The position numbers were made by a program, and so were the translations under genes. Shown one piece after another: positions 43,100 to 56,815 of a stretch of 64,000 nt of DNA. The notes beneath the pieces are model-generated. The model had not been told where the DNA came from and ran no database searches. It saw only the letters and a list, made by a program, of their open reading frames with translations. Within the stretch, counting starts at the first letter, position 1; the number at the start of each line of letters is the position of its first letter. The DNA is from Octopus sinensis (taxonomy: Eukaryota). The stretch covers positions 122,946,001 to 123,010,000 of the forward strand of contig NC_042997.1 of assembly GCF_006345805.1 (NCBI RefSeq), given 5' to 3'.

Positions 43100-44560
43100 C
43101 ATACGAACTGGAAATGTAATGGGAAAGATTCTTAGACATTAATTATTTACAGTATATCTCGATATGTACTTCACTTCGTTTCCGTGCGTTTTTTCTGTTC
43201 ATAACTTCCTATTAATATCATTTAGATCAATAATGCAGAAACCATTACCTCACATCGAAAAGTGTATCCATCAACCATTGATTTATGGAAGAGAAAATAT
43301 AATGTTTGACATATTTGACATCTCTGAAGTATCTCGAAATATGAACACGAAACAATTCATGGATCTATCAATTTTTCAGAAAGACAAGTAAAATATTTTG
43401 TCACGTCACTCTAGGGTGTGTAAAGTGTAATATGAACAAATGTAAGTGCATGTATGAAACTCTATGTTCTCCTTTCTTGAAAAGAATAACATGAGCTCTT
43501 TCAAGTATTGTAGACATACACGATTCGCATTTTTAGATATTTACATAACATTAGTACCGATCACATTTTCAGGAATAAAATATTTTGGATTTTTTTAACA
43601 TTCTCGTCGATACTGTTGCTTGTACATACATAATACTTTCCAACATTTTTTCCGTAGTGATGAGACATATTTTATTCGAAATGATATGATATTAAAATAA
43701 ATATAAAAATATTACCTGGTTATTAAATTGTTGAATACACTCACAGACTATCATAATATCACCTCGTATTTTTCCTTCCTATCATAAAAATATTACGGAT
43801 AAATAACTGGCGAATAAGCTTACACAAATATTTGGATGAAGGTGAAATAAAAACTTTAAAATATAATGTCGAAATATTTGAGATGAAAATATAATGTCAT
43901 CACGTTTACTATTTATTATTTCGGAAAAAAAAATTCAAAATTTTTTATGAGTTATTACATCGGTTCAGTAGTAATTGCATTGCACTTTTGGACAGCTACA
44001 ACATACGTACATATACATACACGCACACATACACACGCGCATGTGTATATAAAGGAGTATGTATGTATTATGTATATATATATATATACATATATATATA
44101 TACATATATATGTATTTATATATATGTATATATAACACACACACATATATATATATATACGTATGTATATATACATATGCATATATATGTTTTGTGTACT
44201 GTACGTATATTTATATCTTTGTATCTGTAAGTATATCTGTCTATGTTTACCTCTCTCTATCTATGTATTTATCTGTCTCTCTGTCTATATATATATATAT
44301 ATATAAAGATAGATAGATAGATATATAGATATATATATGTATGTATAGATATATTCATATATTATGTATGTAAAAACGATATTCTGTAAAAGCTTATGGA
44401 CATATTATATTTTTTATTTTAGTCGTAAAATAAATTTCACATGATTACAATCAATAAAATTCAGTCGATATTTGAATTATTGATAAAATATCATTGGTAG
44501 CATTAAAATTTACATAGTTGCTAGCACATGTAATGATTACGAAGGGTCAATGAATATATG

Positions 44561-44599
<39 letters not shown>

Positions 44600-46300
44600 A
44601 TGTATGTATGTATGTATGTATGCCTGATTATATGCACTGCCACATGTAGACATAGGCACTCGTACATAGAAGTAATATTTATATCATGTACGTATGAATA
44701 TATTAAATAATATTTGCATCAAAATCAAGGTTCATCACCAAACTCAGAGGAGTAGATATCTTCAGACGCGGTCCAACGATAATTGTTTTCTTCTGCCTAG
44801 AAACTAAGGGCGTCCAGTTGGCGAGCATCCACTAGTGTTAGTATGATTATTAATTTTCTTCGGGCTTCCATCTTAGCTTCGGTCTATAGTTTCGTAACTA
44901 GCCTTCTGCTGCCTCTCACATCCTACGAGCAAAGGCTTTATTTTCTAACATAATCCAACGCCTTTTAGCATCGTTCGTGTTTCACATGTGAAAAAATCCC
45001 CTACAGACAATCTCCTTGCAATCCTGCTAAATAATCAAGGTGTCTTGTAGTTAAATACTCTACCGTACTATAGTTGTTGCCGTTTCCTATTCCACCGCAT
45101 GCAATATAAATGGCATTTTCTGCACGTTAGTTGGTGTTCCTGTAGTCTTGCTGACGCAGGCCTATGCGAGAATATTATGGATATATTGACATGATTTCGC
45201 TTCAGTCTATTTTGGCTAAGTGCTATAATTCACTTCTCATGATTAACGCCGAGGGGCAAGAAAGCGTACACAGAAAGCGTACATAGATGGTATACTATTC
45301 TTGCTCTGTCTCTCAGATATATTGGTATTGAGATTCTGTTATACACGTCTTACAACAGGGAGGATATGTGAATAGATTTATCTCTAAATGTTTCTTAATG
45401 TGTTATTCCTCTTTTAAAAGGTTGTTTATGGTCAACGCTCTCTGAGAAACTGACTGTACAGCACAAGCTTTTGTATTTGGGTTATATCTTGCAACTGACT
45501 CGATCATGAATTTCTTTTCCTTCTACCATGTTTGACAACTGTAAGAGCGAGAGCATGATATCCACTGTATTACATTTCAATGATGTCGCGTAAACCTAAT
45601 ATACACTCGGTCTGCGTAAATGAAATATTGGCTGTCCAGCTGTATTTAGATTTTGTATGCGACTGCATAGCTTACTTAACTGAATTTCTTAATCAAGGAT
45701 AACAATGGAAGTATGAACACTCCAGAACTTATGTACAGATCTATTGTACTGAAAAGTTCAGAATCACACCTCACCAAAAAATTGCGGAGTTGCACGTAGA
45801 TTCTGTTTACCTCCCTTTTAATATTTGGAATCAACCATACATTGTCAACACTCACACAACTCGGGGTAAGAGTACCAAGCGATACGCTCATATATTTAGT
45901 CACCTGCATTCTCCTGTTCCGTAAAGCATCCTATTTCTTGCATTTCTGCTGCTACTATACATTTGAGAATCATCGAATCATATTCCAAGACTTCTTATCG
46001 GTACAATTTCTTTTACATCAAGGGAATTTCAACAACCTGCAATTTCAAATTAATCAGTATACCAAATTGACAATTTCTGGTAAACATACTCATAAATTTC
46101 TTAGTCATAATGCTAATTATCGATCAAGCACTCACCTCCTGCTTTCAAGTGCAGCTAGCACCCGTTCCACCTCTGCAGCTATTCCGCTTGTCAATATTAT
46201 ATCATTCACACACACACAAAAATGAGATCTCCTTAGCAAGTCAATGCCATATTGGGATTCAAATTTCTTCCTAGCATTTACTATGCATACATACATATAC

Positions 46301-46638
<338 letters not shown>

Positions 46639-46707
46639 CATATTACTCTACCACTGGTATTTGAGTACTCTTTTTTCCACCTTGTTTCACATTTATGTGT
46701 TTACTCC

Positions 46708-46748
<41 letters not shown>

Positions 46749-46765
46749 ATTTCGGGATTGTCATT

Positions 46766-46797
<32 letters not shown>

Positions 46798-46824
46798 CGT
46801 GTGTGTGTGTGCGTGTGTGTGTGC

Positions 46825-46898
<74 letters not shown>

Positions 46899-46934
46899 TG
46901 CGTGTGTGTGTGTGCATGGTTGTATATATGTATT

Positions 46935-47244
46935 GAAGACTCCCTTCGATCACTAATGGGCGTGGAATTGGACCTAGAATGTTACCCTCCGAGACACAAG
47001 TCCGGGCAAGGTTATTTATGGAACAGCCTCCCCTCTCCACGCCACCGATGTCATCCAAGGGAAAGACAAAGGGGCGGATACAGCTTGGCATCAGTGACGT
47101 CGCAACTCATTCTACAGCTGAGTGAACTGGAGCAACGAGAAATAAAGTGCCTTGCTCAAGAACACAACACGCAGCCTGGTGGTATTGGAAATCACAATCT
47201 CACAGTCGTAAGTTCGAAGGTTTAACCACAGAGCCATGTGCCTT
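46935..47244 (-). mobile_element. tRNA-derived SINE family D (Meta/CORE-like central domain)
   Basis: Minus strand head ggcacatggctctgtggttaa, then gtgttgtgttcttgagcaaggcactttatttc...gctccagttcactcagctgtag. Confidence 0.65.
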
Positions 47245-47439
47245 TACATAGAAGGAAGAAAAAAATTGTATACACATGCACACATATATGTATACATATA
47301 TATACGTACATAAATATAAACACGCGCGCACAAACACCACGCACACGCACACACACATGTAAATATATACACAAATGTCGAGAAAAACAACATGTTTTAA
47401 ATTTTTGAGCGAGAGAAGTACAGTAAGAGTACCGAATGG

Positions 47440-47730
47440 TAATGTTTATATGCCAATATAACGTAGCAGCTCTGTAAAATATATGTTACTGTTGTTTTAG
47501 CGCCAGCAGGCTATGGACACACCGTTTGTGTCCGTATATAGCATTTGCAAGGAAGCTCATTGCTAGAGATGGGAGCGATGAGATGGGAACGATGATCTCC
47601 CTAGCGAATACTATACACGGCCACAAAATGTGTGCCGATAGCGAACTGGAAAAGATGTTCTCCTGGGGCTAAAACAGCACAAATATCGTCCTTTTTAGGG
47701 CTGCCACGTTATCTTGGCGTATAAACATTA
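47440..47730. repeat. Fold-back element made of two inverted family-H 3' ends
   Basis: taatgtttatatgccaatataacgtagcagctct / agggctgccacgttatcttggcgtataaacatta; both arms resemble 40210-40298. Confidence 0.75.
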
Positions 47731-47881
47731 ATACATACATAGATATATACATGCATACATTACTATGGCTGACCCCTCGTTATCGAGAATGGCCATTGCA
47801 CGAAGCTTAACTGTTACTGGTGCTGTGATCGAATATGACTTTTTAGCCCAGCTAAAGATCTAACATACATACATACATACA

Positions 47882-47915
<34 letters not shown>

Positions 47916-48062
47916 CATACATACATACATATATATATATGTATATATACATACATATAAAACTTAGATAAAACTTAGATATGTTTCGACCAGAGATTGG
48001 TCCAGGCCATGTCTAACTTAATAGCACCACCTGATAGGATTATTCGAATCCTGTTTAAGTCA

Positions 48063-48148
48063 AGTTTTGTTCAAGTAGTGAGTTCTTGTTGGGTGAGTTG
48101 TATCCAGTTTTGTTCAAGTAGTGAGTTCTTGTTGGGTGAGTTGTATCC
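48063..48148. repeat. Perfect 43-bp tandem duplication
   Basis: agttttgttcaagtagtgagttcttgttgggtgagttgtatcc x2. Confidence 0.95.
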
Positions 48149-48189
48149 AATTATGGGTGGCTTGTCTGGTATTCTTTGAAGGAATCTAT

Positions 48190-48348
<159 letters not shown>

Positions 48349-48410
48349 CATTTTTTGAGTAATAAGATAAAAAAACAAGGATGTGTAGATATTAGACCAT
48401 TTATAGATAG

Positions 48411-48468
48411 ATGGTCTTACAGCTGTTTCTAGCATATTTATTAATAATATCCCTTCATCGGAGAGGAT
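48411..48468 (-). ncRNA. Hammerhead-like motif, CCGATGA core variant
   Basis: Minus strand: tct-CCGATGA-agggatatt...aatatgcta-GAAA-cagctg-TA-aga; weak stem I. Confidence 0.5.
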
Positions 48469-48720
48469 AGTTATCGTGTAAAAAAGCCTTCCATCGCATT
48501 CTTCGGATCAGGTCCTTAGATTTGGAAAGGAGGAGTAAGAGTAAAGTATTTTGTGAAGGAATAGGTGTGTCCTTAAGAGAGATGCGAAGGAATTGTTTAT
48601 CTATTACTGAAGCGTTACCTGGGATAAGTGCACATAATAACGAGAAGTTGCGGTTATAAGAGATAATGCTGAATATGTGCTAAAGACGGAACAAATGTCT
48701 TTTAGTCTTTTAGTGTTTTA

Positions 48721-49105
48721 TTTGTTTCAGTCATTTGACTGCGGCCATGCTGGAGCACCGCCTTTAGTCGAGCGCGGGACTTATTCTTTGTAAGCCCAGT
48801 ACTTATTCTATCGGTCTCTTTTGCCGAACCGCTAACTGACGGGGACATAAACACACCAGCATCGGTTGTCAAGCAATGCTAGGGGGACAAACACAGAGGT
48901 AAACACAGACACACACATATATATATATATATACATATATACGACGGGCTTCTTTCAGTTTCCGTCTACCAAATCCACTCACAAGGCATTGGTCGGCCCG
49001 TAGCTATAGTAGAAGACACTTGCCCAAGGTGCCACACAGTGGGACTGAACCCGGAACCATGTGGTTGGTAAGCAAGCTACTTACCACACATCCACTCCTG
49101 CGCCT
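48721..49105 (-). mobile_element. Full-length tRNA/CORE-type SINE family A
   Basis: Minus strand: aggcgcaggagtggatgtgtgg (A-box), ggttcagtcc (B-box), caccttgggcaagtg (CORE-like), internal (TA/TG)n, LINE-type tail. Confidence 0.9.
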
Positions 49106-50756
49106 ATATATATATACATACATACATACATACATACATACATACATTCATATATATATATATATATATATTAAAATATGCGGCCACCCAGATTTTAAAA
49201 TTTTCCTGAGCCAACTAAGGATGATTTCATGAAGCTGATTGAAATGTAATTACATTAATATTTTAAATTTGTGAAGCTTGTGTTTAATATACGGTGTAAG
49301 TCTATATTCGTGCAGCTAAGAAATATGGCGTTTGTTTCTAAGTTTAAGAAGGTATATTGTCTTAATGCAAGAGTTTTAAATATCATCTCCATCCACTAAA
49401 GCCTATTTCAACAATTGGACGGGATTTGAAAGCAGAGCAAGAGAATCTGATATAAATACTGCAAGCCATTTTAACTGAATTTCCTAACACTACGGCAATA
49501 CACATCCTTGCCCACATCGAAGAACGGAAAAAAAATGTATTCACATACACACATATATACATGTGTATTCGATCTCTCTATATATCATTATTTGATGCAC
49601 TCTATTAAATTATTTTCTGTGCTTTTACAGTTAGATTTAGTATAGTGTAAGGGATTTTTAAACCGATCTCTGACCCAAACACACATTTGAGCAAGCCTTC
49701 ATCCTTCTCTCTGAGTAAATTTTCAACTAACAAATTTACTGCATTTGTACATATCCGTAGGTCTTTAGGAGTTAGCAGTGCAGTAAATTTAATTACATTG
49801 AGTACATAAGAAATGGGAATACATGATATATCTCCTCTCAAGTCTATAAGTAAAGAATTCATGAATTTATGCTTGCTTGTATGGTTCGTATAATATCATA
49901 GTCTATATTTATTAATTCCATTGTTATATATGATCATGCTCGTATAATGGAGCGTCGGTTGAGTGAAATTATAGAGTTCCATACAGATATATTGATATAT
50001 TGCTGTATTTAGTTATGTCATACTCTGAAGAAATTGATTTCATTTTCGTTTTCTCCTTTAGGATTGTTCTCATAAAAACAACAGAATATCTATATGAACT
50101 ACATTCTATCTTCTGATGTTTATCAGCAAGATGAACTGTTTGCATTTCGTCCGTCCTACAATGATAATTTAATGCCAGGAAAGCAATGTAGACAATACAA
50201 TTAATGATATTTCTATACCAAAAATATGTACTTTAGAGCAAAATATAGAAATCAATATTCCTTAACTATATAAACATTTATATTAAGTTTATCACGAAAT
50301 GCTCTTTATTTTGACGTCTAAGGATTCCGGATAATTTATGTATAAACATTTAAATGCTCGATACCAAAGTTCAAACTTATATTTTAATTAAAGATCCTAT
50401 TTAAAGTAGGAATAAGTAAGGCATTCGTCTGAGTCGTTTATTACTTGTGTTCCCATTTTGTTCTTGATTTAGTGGAGGTTAACAAATACAACAATTGTTT
50501 ACTAAAGTTTTGCTCATAAATTTTTCAATACAGACAATATACCAGCCATGAATACGCCAGAAGTGAATGAACACAGAAACCATCGCACCGAATGCATTGC
50601 TATTCCAATTGATTTCCACACTCATGGGGTAAAAGCCACATCACCCGTCACTTCCACGACCTTGGTTCCTTAGCCTCGGTTAGCCTACATTATGATTTAC
50701 TGGTAACAATTATTGATTTCATTACAATGAACATACAGTCTCACAAATCCTCACAC

Positions 50757-50830
<74 letters not shown>

Positions 50831-51059
50831 TATCTATCTATTATCTATTTGTCTATTATCTATATATCTATTTATTATCTATTATCTATCTGTCAATCAA
50901 GCTATATATCTAACTGTTTATTTGTCTTGCCCTCCCTAATAAATTAACCCTAATAACTTAACATTACCCTCAGCTCAATACATATAAACCCAAATTGCCA
51001 CCTGACCTCCCCCATCTAACAACATTAACCCTCATAATTCCAACTATAATTCCACTACT

Positions 51060-52440
51060 GACATCCGAACCTTAAGTTTAGCACAATGCCCAACTATACC
51101 TCTTGTAAAAATAGAGAACGACACAGACGATACCACCGAGCACAATAATTATCATATTATACAACTCCATAATATATATTAATACCAGCAATAATAACGA
51201 ATCTAACACCGGTACCTCATTAAATAACAATCCCCTCACAAATTCAATTAGACGTTCAGACCCCTGTCCTTTAGATACAGCTATCTCATAAAAAAACATC
51301 GTGTACAGTATCAACTACCAACTGTAACTGCATAAATATCGACGCATGCAGCATCACCTTCAAAGCTAGAGTGAGCAAACACTACTACAGTTTCAAATAC
51401 CGAACAAAATCCAACAGTACATCGTTATCACAGCTTATCAATAAACTCAAGATCGCTCCAACTCTTTACATTCTCAAGAGTCTATTGTCTCCCACGTCAA
51501 TCCATACAGCAACCATAATAACAAGTGCGATCTCTGCATAGCCGAGGTCTTAATCATTTTGCATTCCAGGGATTGTGTTAATGAATGCAGCTGTATAACT
51601 TTTAACTGCAATCATCGATCACTGAATATATTCTCAAAATACAAAAAGCAACAACCCCACCCTGTCATTGTTTCCGTAAACTTCACAAATTTTCCTTCTT
51701 ATTTAACCTCATTACTACTATATATTACACCAATTATATCTTGCCTTCAATTCTTTATTGTCATTTACATATTTCTCTCTATATCTTTCCTTACCATATA
51801 TTATTTTTTTCTCTTATTGCACCTGGCTCCCCCTCCTACCCACTTGTAAACTTACAAGTACATACGCCAACATGCACCTCTACTACATTATACTGTAAAC
51901 ACGCTCGTGGCACAAAATATACGCGCTCCTTAATTGATTGCTAGTAGTAACCGCAACGATTCTTACCCATTCTATCTTACTTTCTTCATTCATACTTTTT
52001 ACTCCCTCTTGACCAACAATATTTCCCCACCCTCTTCCCTCCACATTATATATTTTTTCAAATACCACTCCCCTTGCTAATTTCTGTGATTTACCCAAAA
52101 TAACCCTATTGAATAGGCTTGCTTAAATTCCTCTTCCTTCTCGCTCCCTTGTGTTTTTTCGTTTTCCTTCTATTAATCCTAATTTCTCCCTACATTTATA
52201 TTCTGCACTCCTACTGTGCTCTCCACACATTCTGATTGAATCTTCCATATGTTAACATATACCTCCTAGCTACAATGAAACTTTTATTTAAGCATATTAT
52301 CCTTGGCCTGAAGAGTAGCCCCTCGCTTGGATATTTACCACTTCCGAGGTTCCGCCTACTGTGAAACATAGCGATCTATTTACTTAATTCCTTAACTCTT
52401 GTATTCTCATTCGCATACATGACAACGCTGTGTACCAACC
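51060..52440 (+). mobile_element. Decayed Penelope-like element: linker, GIY-YIG endonuclease and 3' region
   Basis: TMPN, PCPLD, KNIVY, IDACSITFKARVSKHYYSFKYRTKSNSTSLS and PYSNHNNKCDLCIAE motifs across frameshifts; hammerhead-like CTGAAGA...GAAA at 52304-52374. Confidence 0.7.
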
Positions 52441-52589
52441 GTGAAATATAAAACGAACTTTTTTTCAATTTATCATACTTCGATAACAAGATAATCCTTA
52501 ACCTTCAGTCTCAATATACCACTGTTGTTCCTAAAGCTGTTTTTTAAAAATATTTACTACGGATAGATTGACGCTAACATTCTCCCTAC

Positions 52590-53381
52590 ACCTCAATCCT
52601 AGGTGAAAGAACGACGAGCGATCTGGAGGAACTCACATTAGCATCGTCGCGGAAATATGGCGAAAATTCAACAATTTGTGCATGATGATCGATGGAGGAC
52701 AATGACCGACATTGGTGATGTTGTTTGTCTGAGGTATGGATCAGTGCAGATAATCCTAACGCCTGAATTGAGCCTGCATCATGTCCCTGGTTCCAGATTC
52801 GTCCCCGCATGCTGACAACAACTGAGCAGCGAATTTGACAAGACCCCGTCTGCGTACTGCTAATGAACCATCCTTCATGTCGATGATCATCACCGGTGAC
52901 GAGAGTTGTGTCTACGGGTACGACCTTGAGATGGGGTAGCAATCCTAGCAGTGGAAGAGCCGTTTATCTCCATGACCAAAGAAGGCACGACAGAGCTGCA
53001 ACTCAATCAATATCATGCTCATCGACCTTTTCGACAACTTCGGTATTGTGCATTGAGGATTCCTTCCACAAGGCCAGAACGTCAATCGAGAGTTCACCTG
53101 CGACTTTTCAAGCCTTCGAGGAAGGATATTCGGCGAAATTGACGGCACTGCCCTCTTCCAACGAGCTCTCCTTATTCGTGACATTCTTGCCACAACACGG
53201 TATCTTCGCTTTATTCGCCAGATTTAGCGCATACGGACAGTCATCTCTTCCTACAAGTTAAAAAGGCAGCTCAAAGGTCACCGTTTTTACACCGTTGTCG
53301 CGAACAATATCTGATCGCAAGTCTTCGACACGCTTATGGATTCCAAAGTAATCTGTCCTAGAATATTTTGATATCACCTCG
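52590..53381 (+). mobile_element. Decayed mariner transposon (catalytic region plus 3' TIR)
   Basis: DERSG, IITGDESCVYGYD, QWK, MLIDLFD.FGIVH, PQGQNVN, YSPDLA, RQLKGHRF; ends gatatcacctcg|TA. Confidence 0.85.
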
Positions 53382-53394
53382 TATATATAATATA

Positions 53395-53458
<64 letters not shown>

Positions 53459-53743
53459 AATATAATTAATTAATAAGGGTGAGAGAATTAGATACTAATT
53501 TAATAGTATATCTATTCAACACCAAGTGGCCTAGTGCTCCGAGAAACCTGGATTATTATAATATTTTATAATATATTATAATATTTTTACAAAATAAATA
53601 TAAGAGAGTGGTCACTATATGGCTCACTCTAGCACCAGTTAATCCAAAAGGTTTCAACCACAAAATACATGTTTCCCATGAAAGGCAGTACGATTGTTAG
53701 CTCACACGGACAGGGCAAATACAAAATAACAAAAATACAGATT

Positions 53744-53827
53744 ATTTTGGGACAATTGTTTCGCTATTAATGAATTAAATGTAATTTTACTTACAAAAAA
53801 ATCCACTTGTAGCTCGTCAGCCAAAAC
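53744..53827 (-). ncRNA. Type I hammerhead ribozyme, array copy 1
   Basis: gttttgg-CTGACGA-gcta-(AU-rich loop)-tagc-GAAA-caattg-TC-ccaaaat; predicted cleavage between 53751 and 53750. Confidence 0.85.
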
Positions 53828-54277
53828 TATCTGGATGAAATCCACTCAATCACACGCCAGATTTACCATAACGATAAATACACGTGTGGTTCAATTGATT
53901 ACATCCGACGTTATAATTCAAATGCCCCAACTAACAGCGCGCCAAACTTTCACGGAAAACAAATACTGCATTTAGAAATAAATGTAGCATAATTATAATT
54001 AATTAATAAGGGTGAGAGAATTAGATACTAATTTAATAGTATATCTATTCAACACCAAGTGGCCTAGTGCTCCGAGAAACCTGGATTATTATAATATTTT
54101 ATAATATATTATAATATTTTTACAAAATAAATATAAGAGAGTGGTCACTATATGGCTCACTCTAGCACCAGTTAATCCAAAAGGTTTCAACCACAAAAAT
54201 ACATGTTTCCCATGAAAGGCAGTACGATTGTTAGCTCACACGGACAGGGCAAATACAAAATAACAAAAATACAGATT

Positions 54278-54361
54278 ATTTTGGGACAATTGTTTCGCTA
54301 TTAATGAATTAAATGTAATTTTACTTACAAAAAAATCCACTTGTAGCTCATCAGCCAAAAC
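54278..54361 (-). ncRNA. Type I hammerhead ribozyme, array copy 2
   Basis: Same fold with a CTGATGA core. Confidence 0.85.
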
Positions 54362-54814
54362 TATCTGGATGAAATCCACTCAATCACACGCCAGATTTTA
54401 CCATAACGATAAATACACGTGTGGTTCAATTGATTACATCCGACGTTATAATTCAAATGCCCCAACTAACAGCGCGCCAAACTTTCACGGAAAACAAATA
54501 CTGCATTTAGAAATAAATGTAGCATAATTATAATTAATTAATAAGGGTGAGAGAATTAGATACTAATTTAATAGTATATCTATTCAACACCAAGTGGCCT
54601 AGTGCTCCGAGAAACCTGGATTATTATAATATTTTATAATATATTATAATATTTTTACAAAATAAATATAAGAGAGTGGTCACTATATGGCTCACGCTAG
54701 CACCAGTTAATCCAAAAGGTTTCAACCACAAAAAAATACATGTTTCCCATGAAAGTCAGTACGATTGTTAGCTCACACGGACAGGGCAAATACAAAATAA
54801 CAAAAATACAGATT

Positions 54815-54897
54815 ATTTTGGACAATTGTTTCGCTATTAATGAATTAAATGTAATTTTACTTACAAAAAAATCCACTTGTAGCTCATCAGCCAAAAC
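54815..54897 (-). ncRNA. Type I hammerhead ribozyme, array copy 3
   Basis: CTGATGA core; one C missing next to the cleavage site (plus strand ttttggac instead of ttttgggac). Confidence 0.7.
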
Positions 54898-55350
54898 TAT
54901 CTGGATGAAATCCACTCAATCACACGCCAGATTTTACCATAACGATAAATACACGTGTGGTTCAATTGATTACATCCGACGTTATAATTCAAATGCCCCA
55001 ACTAACAGCGCGCCAAACTTTCACGGAAAACAAATACTGCATTTAGAAATAAATGTAGCATAATTATAATAATTAATAAGGGTGAGAGAATAGAATTAGA
55101 TACTAATTAATAGTATATCTATTCAACACCAAGTGGCCTAGTGCTCCGAGAAACCTGGATTATTATAATATTTTATAAATATTATAATATTTTTACAAAA
55201 TAAATATAAGAGAGTGGTCACTATATGGCTCACGCTAGCACCAGTTAATCCAAAAGGTTTCAACCACAAAAATACATGTTTCCCATGAAAGTCAGTACGA
55301 TTGTTAGCTCACACGGACAGGGCAAATAAAAAATAACAAAAATACAGATT

Positions 55351-55434
55351 ATTTTGGGACAATTGTTTCGCTATTAATGAATTAAATGTAATTTTACTTA
55401 CAAAAAAATCCACTTGTAGCTCGTCAGCCAAACC
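55351..55434 (-). ncRNA. Type I hammerhead ribozyme, array copy 4
   Basis: CTGACGA core; one distal stem I mismatch. Confidence 0.8.
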
Positions 55435-55883
55435 TATCTGGATGAAATCCACTCAATCACACGCCAGATTTACCATACCGATAAATACACGTGTGGTTCA
55501 ATTGATTACATCCGACGTTATAATTCAAATGCCCCAACTAACAGCGCGCCAAACTTTCACGGAAAACAAATACTGCATTTAGAAATAAATGTAGCATAAT
55601 TATAATTAATTAATAAGGGTGAGAGAATTAGATACTAATTTAATAGTATATCTATTCAACACCAAGTGGCCTAGTGCTCCGAGAAACCTGGATTATTATA
55701 ATATTTTATAATATATTAAATATTTTTACAAAATAAATATAAGAGAGTGGTCACTATATGGCTCACTCTAGCACCAGTTAATCCAAAAGGTTTCAACCAC
55801 AAAAATACATGTTTCCCATGAAAGTCAGTACGATTGTTAGCTCACACGGACAGGGCAAATAAAAAATAACAAAAATACAGTTT

Positions 55884-55967
55884 ACTTTGGGACAATTGTT
55901 CCGCTATTAATGAATTAAATGTAATTTTACTTACCAAAAAATCCACTTGTAGCTCATCAGCCAAAAC
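55884..55967 (-). ncRNA. Hammerhead, array copy 5 (GAAA changed to GGAA, likely impaired)
   Basis: Plus strand reads gttccgc instead of gtttcgc. Confidence 0.65.
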
Positions 55968-56742
55968 TATCTGGATGAAATCCACTCAATCACACGCCAG
56001 ATTTTACCATAACGATAAATACACGTGTGGTTCAATTGATTACATCCGACGTTATAATTCAAATGCCCCAACTAACAGCGCGCCAAACTTTCACGGAAAA
56101 CAAATACTGCATTTAGAAATAAATGTAGCATAATTATAATTAATTAATAAGGGTGAGAGAATTAGATACTAATTTAATAGTATATCTATTCAACACCAAA
56201 TGGCCTAGTGCTCCGAGAAACCTGGATTATTATAATATTTTATAATATATAGAGTGAGCCATATAGTGACCACTCTCGTGGTCTATCTAGCAAACATATT
56301 TTAACCGCGAGAACCGAGGCAGTGGAAGAGGAGTGCAGAAATTTACGCCTGCGCATTTTGAATTTGTTGGCACTGGCAGTTGGAGCTGGTTCATCTGAAG
56401 CGACAAGTTCGCCGATAGGTAAAGTTCCTTCTTTTTAGTGTTTCCAAATCCAAATTAAGAAATTTTGAGCTGACGAAAGAAATGCTGATTTTATTTGGCT
56501 AATCTTGAAACGTTGACGTACTCAAACGATCTATGTACTTGTGATATTTTTCTGTATTTACCTCCAAACCTTCGTGAGCTGTCTGGAGTAAACATTATCT
56601 GAGAGAAATTTTCTTTAAGTAGTAGTAATGGCTAAAAATTTTTTTTTTTGGCTGCTATTTCTACTAAGTTCAATATGTGGCAAAGTAATTTATTTTACTA
56701 AGCCCTAATTATATAATATATATATTATATATAGATATATAT

Positions 56743-56790
<48 letters not shown>

Positions 56791-56815
56791 AATATATATA
56801 TATATATGTATATGT

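Larger units (their letters stand above)
53461..56250 (-). repeat. Head-to-tail tandem array of a ~535-bp non-coding hammerhead-containing unit (5 full copies plus a partial)
   Basis: Anchor gggtgagagaa at 53477, 54010, 54545, 55080, 55617 and 56151 (spacing 533-537); copies nearly identical. Confidence 0.97.

Noticed and set aside
46130-46225. Possible minus-strand host exon ending AG|GTGAGT (..SGIAAEVERVLAALESRR)
   Set aside because: A good donor site alone is insufficient; no clear acceptor, partner exons or recognisable protein. Needs RNA-seq.
54697-55063. 72-aa and 107-aa ORFs inside the tandem array
   Set aside because: Listed for one copy only and dependent on copy-specific indels; no recognisable motifs.
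53461-56250. CRISPR array or rDNA/snRNA tandem
   Set aside because: No repeat-spacer alternation, no rRNA/snRNA/tRNA similarity that I recognise, and a eukaryotic context.
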